From Naegleria gruberi (Eukaryota): a stretch of DNA of 64,000 bases. The stretch lies in the NCBI GenBank assembly GCA_000004985.1, contig GG738867.1; one strand, written 5' to 3'. Position 1 is the stretch's first letter, and each line of letters begins with the position of its first letter. Below, in pieces: positions 57,423 through 64,000 of the stretch. The position numbers were made by a program, and so were the translations under genes. The notes under the pieces were generated by a model. It was given only the letters and a program-made list of their open reading frames with translations, was not told the DNA's origin and did not search any database.

Positions 57423-59086
57423 CTACCAAAAATCCTTATCATTGATTCCATCTTCATCTGGTTCATCGATAAAATCATCAAGAATGGTCAATTTAGATTC
57501 TTCTTCTTGTTCTAATGGAACTTGTTGCTCTTCTACAGTGTGTTGAGCGTTTAACTCTCCAGGTGTCTTGTAAGATCTTCCTTCCACAATGACAGTGGCT
57601 GTTGTAGAATCCACGGAATGTAACTTGTTAAGAATGAGAGTAGATCCACTTGGAATTGGATTTGGATTAACGTAGGCATTGGAAATGTCTGATTTGATTT
57701 CTCCATTCTTATCCAAATTGACCTTATATTCCATTCTAAATTGAACGTATGGATCCTCTTTGATGTGTAACTTTTCCAAGTAGGAACCATATTTAAGGGT
57801 AAGGTAGTCATCAACATTGTCCGTCTTGAAAATAACACGTTTTCTGAACTTTTCTTGTAATTTCTTATATGGTGAGCAATCAATGAATACTCTAAAGGAA
57901 TGAATCATACAGTACAACTTGGTGCACAATTCCTCATCTAAATTCATTGGATGATGTGCAGAATTTTGAGTCTTTGTCTCAAAGATTGCAAGATTGAGAG
58001 CATCCAATCCTAATGCCAAACCTTCCATAATACTAGTGGCAGTATCTTTGTAAATTTCCTCACTGGATGTTACGTGAACAGGTAATTGATTATTCTTTGG
58101 AGAGCTCATAGCTGTGTAGGCAGAGATTTTAATCATTCCTTGTCTTACTTTTCTTGTTATGAGTCTGAGAGAAGAGTTGATAAAATCGGTCATTAATTCT
58201 ATAGACTCAGGATCAAGTTTGTTGGAAGATCCATAATTATCTCCAAAGCTAGAACTATCCTCAAATTCTCCCAAAAATTCATTCTTTTTGGAACATTTCA
58301 AAACTTCATCATATTCCAATATTGCTTCCACGGTTTCGTAAATCATTACACTTGCAAGCTTCCATTGTTCATGCATCATGGCAGAAGCTATTGTTAAAGG
58401 TGCAATTTTTACAAGAGTTTCAGGATCTTGTCTCTTTAAAAAGAACAGTTGAGTGTACTCTATTGGTGAATTTTCATCGTAAAGTGGAGATGTAACCAAT
58501 TTTTTCTTTTCATTTGATTTTCTCTTCCCTTCACATTGGTTATTGGTAAAGATATTTTTAACTTGTTCTGGATATTGTTTGTAATATCTTCCAAAGAATA
58601 ATATAATAGAAGAAAGAGTTTGAACATCTGTTCAATAATATATTAAAATTCAAATTTGAATTAATTAATGGTAAACTTACCAACCATTGATAAATTATTC
58701 TTGAGGGTAGCCCAAATCTTTCTAACATCTTCAAGCTTTTGTTCTTTAATGGCCATCTCCAAAGCAATTGAATAAAGTGCCACATTTGGTGTAGTGTTTC
58801 CACTTGAGCTTGCAAATTTTTCAAGTTGGGTCAAACACAACCTCATCTCCTTCATATTTTTACATTTTCGGAATTGTGATGCCAATTCTCTAATTGTTTT
58901 ATTGGCCATCACATTGTCACTACTAGCAAGTCTAGCACTTGTAGCAAAGGTGAAAATATCCTCCTGTAATATTGTCATCACTCGGTTCGATTTTGTTGTA
59001 TGATGATGAGCAACATGAGAATGTTTGGTGGCTCCGCCAAGAATTTTCGAACAACAGCTTCTTAAAGGTCCGAGTTGTTTGAACAT
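57423..59086 (-). CDS. Hypothetical protein (~536 aa), 2 exons
   Basis: Exon 1 is 59086..58681, with a phase-1 gtaagt donor and a 53-nt intron. Exon 2 is 58627..57423 after a gaacag acceptor. The C-terminus is acidic. Confidence 0.55.
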
Positions 59087-59308
59087 TTTTTTGTATTATT
59101 AGAAAGGAGGAGTGCGAACTGTGTTGGATTGAAATCAATAACTGAAGATCAACGATAACAAGCAAGTTGCGATACTTTACAATCAATTGTTGACTGATCA
59201 AAGAAGGGATAATTGAAGATTTTGTTTGACAAGATTCTAATTAGCTGTTGGGAGAGGAAGATTTGAAAATATAGTTTTATTGAGACAAGCAGTTAGGTTA
59301 GTAGTTTA

Positions 59309-60199
59309 TTATATTGTACAGTGAAGAACTAATTGAGATGGAGGTGAATTAGTAAATTTGGTTTTCAGGCAATCAAGCAAATATCCATCACAAACAGGTA
59401 ATTTTCGATCGTAAAAAGATTCATACTTGATATCAATTGGGCGAAAGTTGCAAGCTGTTTCAATTGCTTGTTTCAATGTATTCACATTTGAAAAGTTCTC
59501 CAATGATAGGTAACAAGTTTTAATTTCTGTGAATTCTCCAATTTTAATTCTTACCAGCTTCCCTTTGGATTGAGTTAGTGTCTGAACCATACTTGGTTGT
59601 GAAATCTGTGCACTCTTTGAATAAAGCACACTGTCAACAATTGACAGTTGTGGAGAAATATCATCATCGTTGTTACCACGACCATTACTGGAGTCTTCTT
59701 CACTACTGATTGAAATATCATCTTTTACTTCTACCCTTTCAATAGCAATCTTTTCAAATTGTTTTATAATGGGATCATAAAAGGTCTTTTGCAATTCATC
59801 CTTGTATACATCTGCATTCGCACAAGCTTGAGGCGATATATTCCTGGTAAAGTTATTCACCTGATTGATAATTATTGCATCTAGTTTTGCTCTATCCTTT
59901 GGATCAAATTTAAAACTATCAAAGAGAATACGATTAAAGTATCCATTCATTGGAGTTTTAAAGTTACCAGTCTTTGCACACAATTCTTGAAGGTGATTAC
60001 ATTTGATTTTCTTCTTGAAGCACGCTGGACAATTCTTGGAACCTTTAGATCGAAATGAATTCATGCTGCTATTGCTACTTTTAATGGTTTTCCTTGGAGG
60101 CTTGTTCAGAGGAGTTGTGTGTTGTTTTATTGATTGGATGGTCATTGTTGTTTTTTGTTGCGTTATTTTTTTGAAACTAAAATATTTGTTGCACGCCAA
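59309..60199 (-). CDS. Hypothetical protein (296 aa) with CPACFKKKIKC Cys cluster
   Basis: Intact ORF. Confidence 0.4.
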   Translation of the reverse strand: MACNKYFSFKKITQQKTTMTIQSIKQHTTPLNKPPRKTIKSSNSSMNSFRSKGSKNCPACFKKKIKCNHLQELCAKTGNFKTPMNGYFNRILFDSFKFDPKDRAKLDAIIINQVNNFTRNISPQACANADVYKDELQKTFYDPIIKQFEKIAIERVEVKDDISISSEEDSSNGRGNNDDDISPQLSIVDSVLYSKSAQISQPSMVQTLTQSKGKLVRIKIGEFTEIKTCYLSLENFSNVNTLKQAIETACNFRPIDIKYESFYDRKLPVCDGYLLDCLKTKFTNSPPSQLVLHCTI

Positions 60200-60430
60200 G
60201 CAAAATTGTCAAATGGTGTGTTTACAGAATAAAAAATACGGATAAAAATAGAACAAAATATTTTTTCCAACAATGTTCCGATTTGCTGGTTGTTACATGA
60301 ATTCAGTTCATCATTTAGTTTGAAAGTGTTAGCTTTACTTTATTATAAACAATAAAGTTTTGTGCAGAAGAAAAATCTTGGACACATCAGGATTTTTGTT
60401 TATTTAAGTAATATTTTTTCATCACCTGTA

Positions 60431-60503
60431 GCCCGTCCAGCTCAGTCGGTAGAGCGCAAGGCTCTTAACCTTGTGGTCGTGGGTTCGACCCCCACGGTGG
60501 GCG
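60431..60503 (+). tRNA. tRNA-Lys(CUU)
   Basis: GCCCGTCCAGCTCAGTCGGTAGAGCGCAAGGCTCTTAACCTTGTGGTCGTGGGTTCGACCCCCACGGTGGGCG folds as a canonical cloverleaf. The anticodon loop is CT-CTT-AA, the T loop is TTCGACC, and the discriminator is G. TTTT lies 6 nt downstream. Confidence 0.9.
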
Positions 60504-60924
60504 AATGCCTTTTGCTAATTGTTCTCTTTTATTTTGATTTCAACAAGAATAAAATTAACTAAAAAATATTTGAAACTCCAGATTTCACTCTCTGTTAGCT
60601 CATTTCATTGTTCTTTTGATAATTTTTTTTTAGTTGGAACTTGTGAGACAGAGAAGTTGTTTTCCACCTTTCTTTATTGACCCACTATAACCTATTGCTT
60701 TCAATAAATGAAAGGAAAGTTATCTTAATTTGAATTACTAAACTGCTATTTAGAAAAATATATTATTTGAAAGTTACTAGTTTCCAGGTAGAGTAACAGA
60801 GTCACATCAATTTACAACATGCTGCCTTTCATGTTAGCTTGTCTCATTTTAGTAATTTAGAGTTTGTTAAAATGTCAGTTGACGTAACAGGAGAGTAGCA
60901 CCCATAGAAAACATTCAATGATTT

Positions 60925-63174
60925 GTGATACCACCGAAATTCACTTCTTTATTAACAAGTGCATTCTGTATTGTTAAAAAAAACATGTCGAAAGGTTTCG
61001 TACAACTCGTTGCATGTTTGTTTGCCTTGTTGATGGTGATAACCGCAACTATAGCAACAACAGTCAACATTCAAGATTATCTTCCAAACTCTGAGAAATC
61101 TCTCATTGAGCAAGGAACCAGTTCCCTTGATTGCAGCTCTATCATTTCGTCCATTGTTTCCAATACTACTAATGGAGGTTCGGTAAATGTATTCTTTCCA
61201 AAAGGTGTCTACAGTATCAAATCATCTATTACTCTCTCACTAGCCACATCCTCTCTCACCAATGAATACGAAATCACATTCACAGGTGAAGCATTTCACA
61301 GCTCTGTACTAAACTTGAAAGGAGCAAGTGGAAGAATCACATTCCAAAATTCAGATTCTAACAAGAGTTTGAGAGTTAGATTGGCCTTCTTGAGTTTCAT
61401 CAATGATGGAGACTCTACTGGAAGTCCAATGGTTGACTTGAAATCGGTCGACTCATCAGATTTTAACAGTGTTTACATTAAGAATAATAATCCAAATAAG
61501 GTGATTTCTAATTTACGTATCATGAATGGTAATTTGGTTAAATCAAATGGTCATTACAAGTTGCTTGTGTTGAATGGTGCAACTGGACATAATCTTGTAT
61601 TCGATACTGCCAGCTCAGTTGTCAGTACTCATGTCTACTCATGCGACACTTGTTTATTGACATTGGCCACTGCTCTCGATAGTCAATCCACGAATCTACT
61701 CTTCGACAATCAAAGTTCTCTCAACAAGGATTCGAATATTTTGTGGTCTCTTCCAAATTCTCATCTTTCGTACTATCCAGGTGATAATGACTATTCGAAA
61801 TATACCTATGGAATCAGATATGGTGGAATGTCCAAACAATCAAGCATTAATCTCATTATGAATGGAGGTGGATTTGAAAATCAACGTGTCATGATTCAAC
61901 CTTCGTCCAATTCGAATGACCTTTCGTCTGCTGATTTCTATTCTGCTTTATTTATGGGAAATTTGCACGGTAGCTCAGTGATGCGAGCATCCAATGACAG
62001 AAATGGAAGAATGGGATTTTATTCATGTAGATTCGTTAATTTAGTTTATGGAGTTTCGTCTAATCCATCACTTCCAAATTCAAAGACCTTAATGGGTTCT
62101 TCTATCTTTTACAATATCGAACAAGAAAAGATGACATTCGATTCAATGACAAATGTCATGGGAACAACCATTGGACTCACTCTCAAATACAATACAATAG
62201 CACAAGTTAGTGCTGGAGCTTCTTCCATTGACATTACCTATGAGAGTCAATTCGACAAGATTCCAACATTCTTCTCAATAACACCAACTTGGGATACCAT
62301 CTATTACATTTCAAAAGTTTCCACTGCTGGGTTGACTATTCAGTTTTCTTCAGCTCCTAGTGCATCCTCTTATTTATATGTTGATGTGAGTGCTCAGAGA
62401 ACTGCATCATGTTCAAAAGGATTTTCTGGTGCCAATTGTTCCATTCCAGTTTGTAATGGAATTGCAGCAGATGTCAGTGGTGTTTGTAATGGAAATGGCC
62501 AATGTTTGGCACCTGACACTTGTTCATGCAATGGAAATTCCTGGACTGCTTCTAGTTATTGTAAAGATGCCATCTGTGGTGGATTGAGTGGTGCAAGTGC
62601 ATGTGGTGGTTCAAATCGTGGCTCTTGCTCATCACCAAATACTTGCACATGCATCAACAAGTATTATGGAAATTCGTGTGAAAAATTTGATTGTTTTGGA
62701 GTTTTGTATTCCAGTTCAAAGGTTTGCTCATCGAATGGAACTTGTGTTTCACCTGATAAATGTTCATGTATGAATGGATGGTTGGGTGTTAATTGTAATG
62801 AGACTGTTTCGAATAATTCCAATGGTACAATTAATGGAACTATTGTGAATAATTCAACTAATAGTGGAAACGAAACTTTTGTTTGTCCAGCTGGATATGG
62901 AGGAGTGAATTGTTCAGCACCAATTTGTTTCGGTTATTTGGCAAATGATACGAAAGTTTGTAATAATGGAAAGGGAATTTGTCAATCTCCTAATAATTGT
63001 CTTTGTTTGGCTGGATGGAGTGGAGTCAATTGTGCCACAATGTCAGTAAGTGCCTCCAGCTCTTCAACCACCACAACACCAAAAACATCTACAAGATTGA
63101 ATGATTCGAATAGAATGATAACTGGATGGTTGATTGTTTTATTAGGTCTTTTTGCATTATTTTCTTCTATTTAA
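60925..63174 (+). CDS. Secreted/GPI-anchored-type cell-surface glycoprotein with N-terminal beta-rich domain and multiple tenascin-type EGF-like repeats
   Basis: It has a signal peptide (probably from the Met at 60985), and at least seven CxCxxG(W/Y)xGxxC EGF-like units between 62400 and 63000. A Ser/Thr stalk and a C-terminal hydrophobic tail (ITGWLIVLLGLFALFSSI) follow. N-glycosylation sites are numerous. Confidence 0.65.
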   Translation: MIPPKFTSLLTSAFCIVKKNMSKGFVQLVACLFALLMVITATIATTVNIQDYLPNSEKSLIEQGTSSLDCSSIISSIVSNTTNGGSVNVFFPKGVYSIKSSITLSLATSSLTNEYEITFTGEAFHSSVLNLKGASGRITFQNSDSNKSLRVRLAFLSFINDGDSTGSPMVDLKSVDSSDFNSVYIKNNNPNKVISNLRIMNGNLVKSNGHYKLLVLNGATGHNLVFDTASSVVSTHVYSCDTCLLTLATALDSQSTNLLFDNQSSLNKDSNILWSLPNSHLSYYPGDNDYSKYTYGIRYGGMSKQSSINLIMNGGGFENQRVMIQPSSNSNDLSSADFYSALFMGNLHGSSVMRASNDRNGRMGFYSCRFVNLVYGVSSNPSLPNSKTLMGSSIFYNIEQEKMTFDSMTNVMGTTIGLTLKYNTIAQVSAGASSIDITYESQFDKIPTFFSITPTWDTIYYISKVSTAGLTIQFSSAPSASSYLYVDVSAQRTASCSKGFSGANCSIPVCNGIAADVSGVCNGNGQCLAPDTCSCNGNSWTASSYCKDAICGGLSGASACGGSNRGSCSSPNTCTCINKYYGNSCEKFDCFGVLYSSSKVCSSNGTCVSPDKCSCMNGWLGVNCNETVSNNSNGTINGTIVNNSTNSGNETFVCPAGYGGVNCSAPICFGYLANDTKVCNNGKGICQSPNNCLCLAGWSGVNCATMSVSASSSSTTTTPKTSTRLNDSNRMITGWLIVLLGLFALFSSI

Positions 63175-63578
63175 TAAATTGAATTTTTCACTTTCCAATA
63201 TCAAAGTAAACCTTAAACTGAAAGCAATTAAGATCAGCCAACATTAAATCTCTACAGTTTATTTTATACAACTCACTACAGTAGTTGTGAACTCATCAAG
63301 AGTCTTTGTAAACGTTGTAATTGTTAAATAGGAATGTAAAATTGTACCAACTACATTCCTATTTAACAATTACAAATGGCAAATTAGCAATTTATCATTA
63401 TAAGGCAATCGATTGTGCGTAAGAATGACTACCAATTTGAAACAAACTCGGTGATTCGAAGTAACATTCTGTCTTTTCACGCTCAATACATGTCACAAAT
63501 CAACATTACAACAAGTGCTAGTCATCCTTTAAAATCAACTCATTCTTATTACTTTAACACTGTTTACAAATAAAAAAA

Positions 63579-64000
63579 ATGTCGAGAGAAACAACTAGAT
63601 CATTCCTTGTTACCACTCTCTTATTGCTCTCATTGGTTGCCTTGTGCAGAGCTGGTTCTTACACAAACACCAGAACACTTATTGAAAATTTTGAAGGAAC
63701 CACAAGTCAAATATCATTCTACAATGGTGCTGAGTTCCCAGGTGCAACTGGATCTATCGTTATTACCACTGCAGGATATAGTGGTAAAGCACTCAATATG
63801 ACATTCAACTTGTCAGGTGGTAATTATGTCGCTGCCAATATTCCAATTCCTTCAACTTTGACAGCTACTTATAATGCAATTGCATTCAAAACTAAATCTT
63901 GTAATACTAACAATTGGTTAACTTTCCGTGTCTTTGACTCCACTGGACAAGTTTTCCAATTCCAATCATTGAATAGACCTTTTGAAAATTATCATAGTTT
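63579..64000 (+). CDS. Secreted protein, N-terminal part (runs off window end)
   Basis: The ATG at 63579 is followed by a signal peptide (FLVTTLLLLSLVALCRAGS). The frame is open to the window end. Confidence 0.45.
   Translation, partial: MSRETTRSFLVTTLLLLSLVALCRAGSYTNTRTLIENFEGTTSQISFYNGAEFPGATGSIVITTAGYSGKALNMTFNLSGGNYVAANIPIPSTLTATYNAIAFKTKSCNTNNWLTFRVFDSTGQVFQFQSLNRPFENYHS

Noticed and set aside
60362-60562. 66-aa ORF in six-frame track
   Set aside because: It is the tRNA-Lys(CUU) gene read as protein. There is no independent coding evidence.
1-64000. CRISPR arrays or prokaryotic operon structure
   Set aside because: Spliceosomal introns, a 5S rRNA gene, eukaryotic tRNAs and a LINE-like element show the sequence is clearly eukaryotic. 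The only regular direct repeats are the Sel1 coding array and microsatellites.

Overview
This is a gene-dense, AT-rich eukaryotic window. Several features point to a dictyostelid social amoeba: poly-Asn/Gln tracts, short AT-rich introns with gtaagt/gtatgt donors, very short intergenic spacers, and a LINE-like element near tRNA genes. Its GC content looks somewhat higher than that of D. discoideum, so the species is uncertain. I can support about 40 protein-coding genes, read by eye from the ORF track and the sequence, with splice sites reconstructed manually. The more confident calls are Sar1, eIF5A, a DHHC palmitoyltransferase, an ataxin-3/Josephin homologue, an SRA-YDG protein, a PX-domain protein, a DOMON-cytochrome b561 protein, a protein kinase fused to a Sel1-repeat array, and a RhoGAP protein. 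The window also holds a chromosomal 5S rRNA gene, two tRNA genes (Lys-CUU, and an intron-containing Thr-UGU), and one LINE-like non-LTR retrotransposon (APE-RT-CCHC ORF2) flanked by a 16-bp target-site duplication. That element sits essentially at the start codon of a neighbouring gene. There are two 50-N assembly gaps, both inside repeats (the retroelement and the Sel1 array). The most unusual locus is at 20.7-28.5 kb. Three tandem paralogues encode an unrecognised 7TM-like family with a conserved 12-Cys glycosylated ectodomain. Interleaved on the other strand is a two-TM Cache/CHASE-like sensor with a degenerate cyclase-like domain. Several apparent frameshifts fall inside homopolymer or microsatellite tracts, which suggests draft-quality indels rather than true pseudogenes. 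All functional assignments come from visual motif recognition; none has been checked against a database.
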